DNA from: Octopus sinensis
Taxonomy: Eukaryota
Reading direction: 5' to 3'
DNA: 64,000 nt
Assembly: GCF_006345805.1 (NCBI RefSeq)
Contig: NC_042997.1
Span: forward strand, 133,238,001-133,302,000
Below, one piece after another: positions 40,995-54,638 of this stretch (its first letter is position 1; each line of letters opens with the position of its first letter). The notes under the pieces were generated by a model. It had not been told where the DNA came from and searched no databases. It was given only the letters and a program-made list of their open reading frames with translations. A program made the translations under genes and the position numbers.

Positions 40995-41914
40995 ACACTC
41001 ATCTTCACTACATCAATCGTCTCCATCGCAACAAACACACCAACATCACTTCCACAGCCAGCAACAATATCGAACACATCCCATTGAATGTGCATTTAGG
41101 TATCCAGTGTGCTCAGTGAAGTGAGACAGTTTAGTTTAGTTCCGTGTTGTTGAAGGCATAATATCATTTAATGCGCAATGTGGATCTAACTTTATATGTT
41201 ATTGATCATTATATAGAGTTGTGACTTCTGCAGATATTGGTGACAGTAGCGAGCAGTGCTGCTATCAGTGAACAGTTTGAAAACCTGCGCTCCGGTTTCT
41301 CTTCTAGAGACAGTGCTGACATTGTGATTTGTAGGAGTTCTGGCTTGACATCTAGAGACAGTGTTCACCTCTGTGGTAATTCTGAAAGCGAAATTTGTGG
41401 ACATCCTTGAGATTTTGTGGCCTTATTTTTTGGCCAAATTCATAAGTGGACGGTCATCCGAGAAGCTGAGCTCCACAATGGTGCATGGTTTTTGTTTTTC
41501 GTTACACAGAACAATATCAGGTCTGTTACCTTTGCACCGGAATGGTGTTTTTATAAGAATATTCCACTAGTATTCTTTATCTTTCAAGGTGATGTATCAG
41601 AGCGATAAGGGAAATGACCATCTCTAGCAGAATCGAATACTGTAATGTGCACTATGCGCTTTATTGAAGGTAAATACCAGACTCACTAAACAGATGACGT
41701 AGGAGGAACTTAATTTTCAATTTATTCAGTGTGTTAGTGCGTATGTGTGTATGTGATTGAGAGCATGTGTGTATGAGAGACAGAGTGTATGTCGGTTTAT
41801 GTGAGAGAGAGAGAGAGAGAGAAAGAGAGCGTGTGCGTATGAGAGAAAGTGTTTGTGTATAATAGAGTGTGTGTTCGCGTATGTATGATAGAGTGTATGT
41901 GTGTGTGTGTGTGT

Positions 41915-41981
<67 letters not shown>

Positions 41982-42483
41982 CGTATGTGTGCATGCTTAT
42001 ATGTATGTTTATGAGTGTATATGTGAGTATGTAACATTTGCTGACGTACCGATGAGGAAATATAAAAGAGCCCAAAAACAAAAGGTCCTTTTGAATAAAG
42101 ATCCTGTTGATTTTTGTTCCACTATTGTTTCACTGACAATCCCTCGCCTCTATAGACGTCTGAGAAGCAGCAATGGAGGATTTGGTCTACCTGGATCTCG
42201 TAACCCTCGAGACAACTTTGCATAAAGGAATATAAAATACATAAATAAATAGATTATAAATAGATACACAAATAGATTATAAAATATAGATAAAAAAATA
42301 AACAAAATAACTGCATAAAGTCTTTAGTCGCATATTCAAATATTAACCACATAATCGCCCGCTTTTAGCGCTAATAATTTTTACATTCATATTGATTTCA
42401 CAGTCGCGCCACACAATGTACATCTTCCTCAACGTATCTACAGCTATATCGCAATACGGAAAACTACTTTACATAGACACATA

Positions 42484-42514
<31 letters not shown>

Positions 42515-42929
42515 GTAGCTGTTTATGTGTATACGCTTAACGTTTTACTTCCTATTATCGGATTTCGTTGTATTTTTAATTATTTCAAAGCTTTCTATCA
42601 TCAAGCCCACCCACCCACCCCACATTCCTTTTTCTGAGTTTTTATCTTTTCACAGATTTTCGTTAATTATAAATATGTTTATTATGTTAAAGTATATTCG
42701 ACCTACATTCTTGAACACATTACGAAACGCGCGTTCTATAGATATATATCTGTATATGCAGAAGACTGTTTGTTTATGAGCATGTGAGTATGTTTGTGTG
42801 TTTATACATGCACACACACAACGCACACGAACACACAACGCACACACACATATACATACATGTATACTCACACACGCTCATATATGCATTTATTTATGTA
42901 TAAGTCTGGGTATCTATGTGTATCTATAT

Positions 42930-43460
<531 letters not shown>

Positions 43461-43831
43461 CTACATATAGAAACACATATAAACATGGTGACAGAGATTC
43501 ACACGCGTACAGTTGTGTACGCTTACATATACTCATATTTCTGTGTGTGTGTGTTAAACAAATGTTTTCAATTCAAAAATGTTTATATTCTAACATTATT
43601 CTTTTATCTATTTAATTAATCGATTTTTCAATTTCATATATCGAGTGTTGAATATGGCGGAGCGATACAATATTTAGCATCACACATTCTATGTTCTGTT
43701 CTGAGTTGTAATCCTACAAAGAATCTCAGCGCTGTTATCAATCTTTTACCGTTCTTCGTTAATGATATATCACTCCAATGTAAATCATATTGGACTTACA
43801 TTGCTTCATCACATATTACGTACATTCGCAA

Positions 43832-44230
43832 TGCAGCGAGCTGGCAGAATCGTTAGCACTCCAGGCGAAATGCTTAGCGGTATTTCGTCTGCCGCTACGT
43901 TCTGAGTTCAAATTCCACCGAGGTCGACTTTGCCTTTCATCCTTTCGGGGTCGATTAAATAACTACCAGTTATGCACTGGGGTCGATATAATCGTCTTAA
44001 CCCGTTTGTCTGTCCTTGTTTGTCCTCTCTGTGTTTGGCCCCTTGTGGGTAGTAAAGAAATAGAAATAAGTAGTTCGTCTGTCTTTACGTTCTGAGTTCT
44101 AATTCCACCGAGGTCGACTTTGCCTTTCATCCTTTCGGAGTCGATTAAATAAGTACAAGTTACGCACTGGGGTCGATGCAATCGACTTGATCCTTTTGTC
44201 CTTGTTTTTTCCCTCTAGGTTTAACCTCCT
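43832..44230 (+). mobile_element. SINE family A, dimeric copy
   Basis: Junction ..agtaaagaaatagaaataagtagttcgtctg.. between monomers. Confidence 0.88.
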
Positions 44231-44371
44231 GTGGGCAATAAAGAGATTAATATTACGTACATTCGCGCATGCAAATGCATAGAAAAACTTATACATGTAT
44301 TTATTTTATTGCTTCATTACGACATGGCTAGATGTTTCAGCTCTTTCTCTGTCTCTCTCTCTCTTTCTTTC

Positions 44372-44413
<42 letters not shown>

Positions 44414-44595
44414 TTGCCTGTCGAAGTGACAGTTAAATCCTGTGGCTGTGTTGAAAAGGGGCAATAAATTATGTCTATTCTCTTTAAAAGTATGTTCTAT
44501 TTTATCATAATTTACGTAGATGTGTGCACGCGTAAACATATGTACACACACATAATTGATACATAGATGCATGCATGCATGCATACATACATACA

Positions 44596-44624
<29 letters not shown>

Positions 44625-44626
<2 letters not shown>

Positions 44627-44840
44627 TTTCAGAAAGAGAAATCGACCGGCTAATTCGTACATTGCAAGTGCAATCTGTGAGTGGAACAATAAAAATATGC
44701 AAGACTTTTCTGAAGTTCCAAATGTGAATTTTGTCTGCGTTAACTACATCCCAAATATGGAGACTTATGTCTTTGTTGGAAACCAGCTCTCTGTTCAGTT
44801 GAAGATTTATAATAATTAAAAAATAGAAAAGACACACATA
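44625..44840 (+). mobile_element. RLE LINE 3' fragment, (CATA)n-associated family, copy 4
   Basis: FSEREIDRLIRTLQVQSVSGTIKICKTFLKFQM*, with a 3' UTR colinear with 38700-38810. Directly preceded by (CATA)n at 44570-44625. Confidence 0.85.
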
Positions 44841-45253
44841 CAGACAGTCAGGCTGAAAAAGACCATTGATAAGGAAAAGACCATCTACAAACCATTGATA
44901 AGGAGTTTGCAAATGCAACACTCAAATTACACTTTCAGCTTCATACCCATTATTATTAGAGCGTGTGTGTGCGTGTGTGTGTGTGCGTGTGTGTGTGTTC
45001 GTGTGTGTGTGTGCATTTGTGTGTGTGCACGTGTGTGTGCGTGTGTGTATGTGTGTGCGTGTTTGTGTGTGCGTGTGTGTATGTGTGAGTGTATACGTGT
45101 GTACGTGCGTGTGTATGTGCGTGTGTGCGTGCGTAGACCGGTAGAATAAGTACCAGGTTTATAAAATTAAGCTCTGGGGCCAATTCTAAACTCCTTGAAG
45201 TCGGTGTCCCACCACAGCCAGAGTTTAATGACTGAAACAAAACGACAAACACG

Positions 45254-45303
<50 letters not shown>

Positions 45304-45533
45304 CATATGCACACACACACACACAGAGAAACACATACATATACATTTGAAAGTCCATCAGAATTACTTAATAGAGTTTTGAAATGCAAAGGAGATTTTT
45401 ATTTTAATGTTATAAAATCTTTATCAGGATTGCACTAACCTTTTTTAAGAAGATTTTTCCTAGTGTGTGAGCGCTTTTGATTAACCTTTTTAAATACATA
45501 TGCGTGTGTGTGTATATATATATACATACATTC

Positions 45534-45536
<3 letters not shown>

Positions 45537-45621
<85 letters not shown>
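45537..45621. repeat. (GATA)n microsatellite, downstream flank of the Tx1-like element
   Basis: Direct reading. Confidence 0.97.
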
Positions 45622-45622
<1 letters not shown>

Positions 45623-47519
45623 TGTTTCTTTATTAGCCACACAGGGCTGCACACAGATAGAACAAATTACAAGGTAGAGCTTTTCTTTTGGGGGTAAAAA
45701 AAAGGGAGTGGTGGTTTTCGATCAAAAGGGATCGTAAAAGGAAAGAAAGAGGACTAAAAAAAGGGAGGGGTTAATAAAAAAAAAAAAGGTGGGGGAGAGC
45801 AAAAAAATTGATCAATAGGGATCGTTATCACAGAAATATCAATATGAAGTGTAAAGGGGAGAACAGATGAGGTTTACCCGTGGAAAGAAAAGCCTACGGA
45901 AAAGACCACGGAAACCTCGGTCAATGAAGTCACATGTTATATTTCTTTTTTTTTTTTTTGCAAATAAGCAACTCTCTGTATTAATTTTTACGGTTCATAG
46001 AATCATAGTCAAGGTGGCTTCGTCATTCATACGTGCCATCCTTGCTACATTCACCCATCTTTTTTTAAAACATCCACTAGACAAAACTTGCCTCTCTACT
46101 CTCACTTTCCTCTTCAAGTGATACTTGAAGAAGTTGATGAGAGATTGACCAGAGAGGAAAGTGTTTGTCTCTAATCCTTTCAGGCGCGTCCACCAGATAC
46201 ATTCTTTCGCCATAGCCACAAGTATGATAAAAATAGCTCTTCCTTCCCGTTTGAAGGAAGGAGGCGTGACGATATTAACGATAGACTCGGCTGATAAACC
46301 GACACGTCCCACACGTGACAGCAGTCGTTCGACATAAGCCCACAGGTCGGAAATTGCTGGACACTGCACGATTGCGTGCAGAGCGGTTTCGTCGCTCTGC
46401 CCGCATCTCGGGCAGGTCGGCCCCGTGTTTCTCGAGCCATGCCTATAGAGCTTATCCCGAACGGGTAGCGCTTCTCGGTAGCACCGCCAGGCCAGGGATC
46501 TCTGGAAGTTGTCCATAGGTCCCGGGCCGAAAGTAGTTTGAAACGGGCGGGTCAGGTATTCCTCGTCGACGCCCGGGTTTGCCCCGAGCTCGTCGTCGTA
46601 CCTCCCCTCCACTAACCCCCTATAGAATGCTTTGGTTGTGTTGAAGTCACTCAAGGTCGACCCGGGACGGCAGAGTTGCTTCCTCGGCCTCTTTTTGATC
46701 CACGACTGTAGTTCGATCATGGAGACGAGTTGCGGGAATGCGTGCCTCACAAACGGCGACCACACCTGTTCACCGTCGTCTACATAGAGCCGGAGATGTC
46801 GCAGTCTCAGCGCGTGTCTGCGCATCATCAACCACGGCATGCCCAGCCCTCCTTTTAACGGGTGTTGACAGCAAATGGATCGCCTGACCACCGGGACGCA
46901 TCCTTTCCACAAGAAGCGGAAGAGGATGCGTTCTAGTTTGGTGATGGTAGGGTCGGGACAAGGTACGACGGTCAGGCGGTAGTAGATGATGGACGCGATG
47001 TACGCGTTCACCACCTCCGCCCGACCTTTTAGGGACAGTTTCCTCTCGGCCCATTGCTGGGCGAGAGTGACCACCCTACTCGTTATCTCGTTCCAGTTCT
47101 TCTCCATTTGGAGGTCCGGACCGAACCAGACCCCGAGCAACTCAACCAGCGTCCCACGACGGAGGTACTGGTGGACGGCATGGGCTTGCTTCTCCAGGTG
47201 CCGAGCCGCAAGCCCACTGACTTTTCCCGGTTGATTTTTGCTCCTGTCACCGCTTCGTAGTCTTTCAGTGTCTCGCCGACCCGCTCGATGTGCTCGTGGC
47301 TTGACACTATGACGGTGACGTCGTCCGCGTATGCAGACACGCTCGTCCCGCATCCCAATTCTCGCGGGATGCTCCTTAGAGTCGCCAGCTTCCGCAGTAG
47401 TGGCTCAAGAGTCAATACGTATAGAAGCGCCGAGAGGGGGCATCCCTGACGGACCGAACGTGCAATGTCGAAAGGTCTCGATAGATGTCCATTTACGCGA
47501 ATTACCGAACGGGTGCCTT

Positions 47520-47520
<1 letters not shown>
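45622..47520 (-). mobile_element. 5'-truncated Tx1/L1-type LINE (RT C-terminal half, zf-RVT region, 3' UTR)
   Basis: VRQGCPLSALLYVLTLEPLL, SAYADDVTV, GAKINREKS, LLGVWFG, RKLSLKGRAEVVN, FLWKG, GGLGMP, CPRCGQSDETALHAIVQCP. 3' UTR ends ggctAATAAAgaaaca(TATC)n. GC-rich relative to the window. Confidence 0.93.
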
Positions 47521-47593
<73 letters not shown>

Positions 47594-47614
47594 TGATAGA
47601 TGGATGGATGGATG

Positions 47615-47705
<91 letters not shown>
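47521..47705. repeat. (GATA)n microsatellite, upstream flank of the Tx1-like element
   Basis: Direct reading. Confidence 0.97.
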
Positions 47706-47896
47706 TTGTTCATATATATGCAAAATGGCCATTCAGCAAAGGAAATGATGGGTAAACAACATCAAAGAGATTCTTTGATGATGCTTTCCACGCGAACACA
47801 TTCTGATGCATAGACACATAGCTCCGATTCATTCATGGCTGACAAATTATCTTGGAGCTTTAAATGCATATAGGATAGCCCTCACTATACTATATA

Positions 47897-47980
47897 TACT
47901 ATAATCCCTCGCCATATCGCGGTTCGACTATCGCAGTGAGTTCGGAACGTAACACCCGCGATAATCAAGGGATTGCTGTA
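47897..47980. mobile_element. Short pogo/Tigger-like MITE remnant
   Basis: Imperfect TIRs ..taatccctcgccatatcgcgg / ccgcgataatcaagggattgctgta, with TA at the end. Confidence 0.55.
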
Positions 47981-48054
47981 TATATAAATATGTGTATGTG
48001 GGTGCGTGAGTGTATTCAGGTGCGTGTGTGTGTGAGTGTGAGAGAGAGAGAGAA

Positions 48055-48103
<49 letters not shown>

Positions 48104-48133
48104 CATAGAAATATATATATATATAATATATAT

Positions 48134-48170
<37 letters not shown>

Positions 48171-48172
48171 GG

Positions 48173-48631
48173 AGAAAAAATCAAGGTAGAAGATGCTAAA
48201 ATAATTTAATAAAAAACATTTCAGTACCGGCTTCAGTCATTGAGACTTTTGCAACTGTAAGTAAGGAAAACAATTAAATTTGGAAAAATTAAAAGTAAAG
48301 TTTTTTTAAAAGAATATTTGTATAGTGTTCAAATACAATGGGCATTTTCCTGGTTCCTGCCGGTCTCTGTCTCTCTTATTTACCCTTGTGGGTTCGAGTT
48401 CGAAGTCTTGATGACTCTTGTGGGTTCGACACGAACCCACAAGAGTAAACAAGAGAAACCGAGACAGACAGAAACAAGGAAAATGACCCTTATATTTGAA
48501 TACTATGCAAATATTTTTCCAAAATTTAATTGTTTTCCATACTTACAGTTGAAAAGTCTCCATGACTGAAACCGATACTGAAATGTTTTTTATAAAATTA
48601 TTTTAGCTCTTTCTACCTTGACTTTCTTTCT
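48173..48631. repeat. About 460-bp imperfect palindrome (foldback) between (TA)n arrays
   Basis: Arms 48173-48398 and 48433-48631 are reverse complements. Perfect 15-bp stem 48414-48428/48432-48446. Confidence 0.9.
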
Positions 48632-48674
48632 ATATTATATATCAACTCTTGTGTTCCTTTTTCAACCTTATATA

Positions 48675-48718
<44 letters not shown>

Positions 48719-49589
48719 GTGTGCATCTATGTAAGTATATTTTGTGAGAAAATGTTAAAGTGTCTAAATATATTTCTGGATGCCCAGAGCATCCATTTGG
48801 AGATTGAAAACTCACTACACAAGCACGTTTTTATACTTTTATTCGAAATCCCGAGTAGTAAGTTTGTCATTAATGTAACACCTACAGTTGAAATAGCTTT
48901 CGGTCATTTTTACACTTGCTTGTCAATGGATATTCAAACATGGGCACTTAGCGATTGACATGTTTTAGAAATGCTTCCGTTCGTACATACATACATCAAA
49001 ACATGCATGCAAACATGCATACATACATACATGCTTACATACATGCATACATACATACATACATACATACATACTTACATACGTACGTACATACATACAT
49101 ATACACATATACACATGCATGCATACATGCTTACATACACGCTCCAACATTGATGTACTGATCAGTCAACACAAACTCACACACACACACAAACATACAC
49201 AAGCAGGCACACACATATACGTGTGTGTGTATGTATACATATATTTATATATACATATGTATTCACTATGTATATACATACATACATACATACATACATA
49301 CATACATACATACATACATACACACATACCTACATACATACCTACATACATACATACATACATACATACATACATACATACATACATACATACATACATA
49401 CATACATACACACATACCTACATACATACACACACACAGATATATATATATATATAATATACACACACACATTAAAAGTAATATTGCCTCTGATGACGCA
49501 TGAAAATATTAAAATACAACTAGCGCTGCGGCTGACATTTTGACATCTGTTACTGTCTGTCTACAACTTTATTATATATAGATTTCATA

Positions 49590-50700
49590 CGCACATTACC
49601 AGTAGGGAAACAAAGAGCAGTCAAGTCGCAGCGCGTATATTAAATCCTTCAAGATAAGTAACCAAGAAGTCATTTTAACCCTGTGGCAGACCTTTGTTCT
49701 CGGTCGCCTAGACTACTGCTTGGTGTTGTGGTCACCACATAGCTCCAAAGTAACAGCGGAGCTTAAAGCAATCCAACTTCACGACACTAAAAAAATGGTA
49801 GCAGTGCAGCAAATGACCTGCGGGAGTGGCCGAAGAAACTACGACTTACATCCTGGAGTGAAGACGGGACAGTGATATAATAATATACAAAGACGGTGAG
49901 CTGGCAGAAACGTTCGCACCCCGGGCGAAATGCTTAGCGGTATTTCGACTGCCGTTACGTTCTGAGTTCAAATTCCGCCTTGGTCGACTTTGCCCTTCAT
50001 CCTTTCAGGGTCGATTAAATAAGTACCACTTACGCACTGGTTTCGATATAATCGACTTAATCCATTTGTCTGTCCTTGTTTGTCCTCTCTGTATTTAGCC
50101 CCTTGTGGGTAGTAAAGAAATAGGTATTTCGTCTGTCTTTACATCCTGAGTTCAAATTCCGCCGAGGTTGACTTTGTCTTTGATCCTTTCGAGGTCGATA
50201 AATTAAGTACCAGTTGCGTACTGGGGTCGATCTAATCGACTGAACCCCTTCCCTAAAACTTTGGGCCTTGTACCTAGAATAGAAAAGTATATAATAATCT
50301 ACATATGGGAAATTCTGAAAGGGCTAGAACCTAATTTCGGCATCTAGTGTTATACCAGTTGCATTACATTGTACCAAATGTACTGTCCACGCCTTCTGGT
50401 ACTTAAAAAGCTTCAGATTCAACGGCCAAAGGCTCTTCAATGCTCTTCCAAAAGACATTAAGAAACCTACAGAGTGTTGATGTGGATGTCTTCAAAAAGA
50501 AATGGACATTCCTCTATCTAAAATACTGGATGAGACAACGGCCCAGCATGATATACAGATGAGTGTACCAGTGTTAAAGTCATCCATACACCAAATGGGC
50601 CAACAACAAAGGGAAAACTCACATGCAGTTGTGGTGAAATGATTTCCCATCAATTGGAGGAAATAAAACAAAGAATGACAATATAAAAATACAGCACCAC
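49590..50700 (+). mobile_element. CR1-group LINE 3' part, interrupted by a SINE-A dimer (49891-50290)
   Basis: LTLWQTFVLGRLDYCLVLWSPH..AIQ before the SINE. WEILKGLEPNFGI and SFRFNGQRLFNALPKDI..DVFKKK after it. Confidence 0.8.
49891..50290 (+). mobile_element. SINE family A, dimeric copy
   Basis: Junction ..agtaaagaaataggtatttcgtctg..; second monomer has the aaactttgggccttgtacc tail. Confidence 0.88.
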
Positions 50701-51072
50701 TTCGGTGCTTCTGTATGGTCAGATCCGATAGGATGGAACAAATAAAAGGATAAATCTAAAAAAGAATATATATATATTTATAATACACACACACACACAC
50801 ACACACACATAATATATATATATTGGGTTGGCATGAGAGTAATTTGGTTTTTCGCAAGTAGATAGAGTTGCGATTTTTTTAATGACTTTCGTCAATGTTA
50901 TGATATTTTCCTTTTGACATTTGGTAGCCATTACTTTTAGCTGACTTTAGAAGCAAATTGCACGTAATTTTGTTCACAGCTGTTAGTTCAGTGTCAATTT
51001 TAACAAGGAGTGCAAAAACGAACATTTTCACCATATGTTACTTTTTTTCTGTAAAGGCATACATATACATAC

Positions 51073-51105
<33 letters not shown>

Positions 51106-51130
51106 TGTATAAGTTTGTGTGTGTATAAAG

Positions 51131-51161
<31 letters not shown>

Positions 51162-51171
51162 TGTATTCTAT

Positions 51172-51570
51172 TCTGTTTCAGTCAGTTGATTGCGGCCATG
51201 CTGGAACACCGCCTTGAAGGGTTTTAGTCGAACAAGTCAACCTCAGGACTTATTTTTTAAGCCTAGTACTTCTACCGGACTCCTTTGCCAAACCGCTAAG
51301 TTACGGCTACGTAAACAAATCAACACCGGTTGTCAAGCTACGATGAGGTGACACATACACACATACACACACACGCACACGCACACACACACGCACGCAC
51401 GCACGCACACACGACGGGCTTATTTCACTTTCCACCTACCAAGTCCGGTCACAAGGATTTGGTAGGCTCGTGGCTATAGTAAAAGACACATGCCATGGTG
51501 CCACGCAGTGGAACTGAACCCAGAACCATGTGGTTGGTAAGCAAGCTACTTACCACACAGCCACACAGCC
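51172..51570 (-). mobile_element. CORE-type SINE
   Basis: Reverse complement of the 56034-56445 architecture. Confidence 0.85.
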
Positions 51571-52850
51571 TCTATATATATATGGGTGATTGTGTGCGCA
51601 CGCGTATGTGCGTCTGTGTCATGATAGGCGTATACATATGCACACAGATAGGCATATATATGTGTGTGTCTACGCGGATGACAGCCTCTGTATTTGTTAT
51701 GTTTGTGTGTCTACACAGGTGTTTATAGCAGTCAAATAATAAAATGAAATATGATAAATTTATTGCATAACATTATTATCATTGAATGAATTAGATTAAT
51801 CGTTTACGAATGATAAGAATTTTACCCGTCTATTTTCATGTTCCAATCCAGTCAAGAACAACATTGTTTTTCTATTATTTCAGTTTCAATATCCTAATAG
51901 TCACTCATCTACTGAATCAGATTCTATTGTCTGCGTGTGAACACCCACTACACAAATTTACCGCTTTACCTCAAAGCATGAAATTTTTAATTACAAAGGC
52001 AGCAGATTATATGAATCGATATTGCTGTTAAGAAATGCTATGCGGTGTTGATGAATTATCATTTAAAATTGCGAGTTAAAATTCAAGATGGCTTTCAAAT
52101 ACCAACAACGTCTTTAATTCTTCTTCCGTCGATGAAACCGTTTTTTTTTATACTTGTTTCAATCATTAGAATGCGGCCAAGCTGAGGCACCCCAATTTAA
52201 ATTTTATTTTTTTTTAATGTCTGGTATTTGATCTATCCGTTTCTTTTAACGAACCTCTAAGTTATGGAGACGTAAACAAACCAACACCGGCTGTCAAGCG
52301 GTGAGGGGTAAACAGATGCAAAGATACACACACACATATATAGAAATTAGAGAACAAACCGCTATATAGTTATTCCATCAATAATGAAAATATATTATCT
52401 ATCATAACCACATAGAAATTAATTAAATATCTTATAATTATTATTCTAAAAAATCTAATAACAAATCAAGCATTAAATTGACTACGCGAGTTTCATGACT
52501 AAACATATAAATCGATAATACTAAAATTAAATTTTTTAAAATTTTAAATTCAATATTAATTCAATTAAAAAATATTTAGCCAACTCTTCAGTGGAATTAT
52601 TACATTCCCTTACTATTAATAATATATATATATATACTTGACGGGCTTCTTATAGTTTCTGTCTATCAAATGCACGCACAATACTTTGGTCAGTCCATGA
52701 CTATAATACAATATTTGCGGGACTGTACTGACCTATGTGGTTGGGAAGCAAATACATACCTACACTCATGCACGCACGCACACACACACACACACGCACC
52801 CACACACACGCACACACACACACACACACACGTATGTATGTCTATATAAA

Positions 52851-53078
52851 AGGCGGTGAGCTGGCAGAATCGTTAGCACGCCGGACGAAATGCTTAGCGG
52901 TAATTCGTCTGCCGCTACATTGTGAGTTAAAATTCCGCCGAGGTCGACTTTGCCTTTCATCCTTTCGGGGTCGATAAATTAAGTACCAGTTACGCACTGG
53001 GGTCTATATAATCGACTTAATCCGTTTGTCTGTCCTTGATTGTTCCCTCTATCCCACTGTGGGCAATTAAGAAATAAA
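52851..53078 (+). mobile_element. SINE family A monomer
   Basis: Family A consensus match. Confidence 0.88.
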
Positions 53079-53502
53079 TATATACGTATATATGTATGTA
53101 TATATGGGGAGAATTCACAAAAAATGAAAAACAAAAGACGAAGACAGGTGGTGTAGACAACAAAAAGAAATATTAGTATAACGCTCGGGAAGTGAAAAAG
53201 TCTTTAAGGTTTCGAGTCTACGCTCTTCCACAGAAAGAAACAAGGAGAGAAATTATAGAGAAAATAAATATGTATGTATATATATGTGTGTGTATGTATG
53301 CATGTCTGTGCGCGCTGCGTGTGTGTGTAAGTAAATAAGTATGTATGGTTCTATGTGTATCACAGCTTTGTCCTACAACCAGGCACATACTCAGTTCAGA
53401 TCTTGCAGATTTCGATAGAATATGATTGTATTATAGTAGACGACAAATACGTGATTCTGATACACTCTATGTACTGGTTAATCTCCAGTTTCTGACACGG
53501 GC

Positions 53503-53737
53503 AAAATAATGAAAAAGAAAAAATAGTGTAATAGGTGAAAACAACATGTAATAAACGAATGTGCAAAAAAAATGTGCATTGGCGAATGGATGGGGGGAGA
53601 CGACTCGGAACATTCCCGATGGGAATGTTCCGAGTCATCTCACCACTTCCCCGTTCGTCGGCGCAATTTTTTTTTATTCATATTTGTTTATTACACATTA
53701 TTTTACACCTGGTACACTATTTTGTTTTTATTTTTTG
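53503..53737. repeat. Foldback/MITE-like imperfect palindrome with a perfect central hairpin
   Basis: GACTCGGAACATTCCC-GAT-GGGAATGTTCCGAGTC (53602-53636), plus about 100-bp imperfect arms on each side. Confidence 0.8.
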
Positions 53738-53849
53738 TGACGACAAGTGGGTGGGCGTGCGGATTTGGATAATTCATACGATCCAGTAACCCGACTTTGA
53801 CACCCGGCCACCAAAAAAGAAAAAAGAAGAAAAGAATTAGTGCATTAGG

Positions 53850-54205
53850 GTGTACCTTTTAGTCGAGCAAATCGACCCCAGGACTTATTCTTTGTAAGCC
53901 TAGTACTTATTCTATTGGTCTCTTTTGCCGAATCGCTAAATTACGGGAACGTAAACACATCAGCATCGGTTGTCAAGCGATGTTGCGGGAACAAACACAG
54001 ACACACAAACATACACACACACACACATACATATATATATATACATATATACGATGGGCTTCTTTCAGTTTCCGTCTACCAAATCCACTCACAAGGTCGG
54101 TCCGAGGCTATAGTAGAAGACACTTGTCCAAGGTACCACACAGTGGGACTGAACCCGGAACCATGTGGCTGGTAAGCAGTCACTTACCACACAGCCACAC
54201 AGCTA
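53850..54205 (-). mobile_element. CORE-type SINE
   Basis: Reverse complement of the 56034-56445 architecture. Confidence 0.85.
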
Positions 54206-54592
54206 CACCTATACTTATCATACTATTTTTTCTTTTTTTTTTTTTTTTTTTGCAGTGTCAGAAACCTGGAGGTTAACCTATATACTCATTGCTCGTTTAT
54301 TCTGCATCGTCAAATGACAAAGATAATGGGTATTATCAACTGTAACAGCAAAGATACGTTTAATCCTTTTGCTTAGCATCGAACTCTTTCTGGCAAACTT
54401 CCGTGCGTACAAGAACACACTTAGAAGAATACACTCACTTTTCTCAGCATTAAGATTTTATTTCGAGCTTACTAACATTCCATATTTGATTATTTATTTA
54501 AAGATGTATTCCAGTATTAAGGTGTATACATGTATCTAAGTGTACATATACATACGCACAAACATACACATACATACACATATGCACAGATC

Positions 54593-54638
<46 letters not shown>

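Noticed and set aside
41200-41700. Stop-poor stretch with SRIEYCNVHY and a repeated TCTAGAGACAGTG
   Set aside because: Possibly a very old CR1-type remnant, but one motif is too little to call.
51876-52031. Strong acceptor tttttctattatttcAG followed by short open frames
   Set aside because: No donor, no upstream partner exon and no recognisable product.
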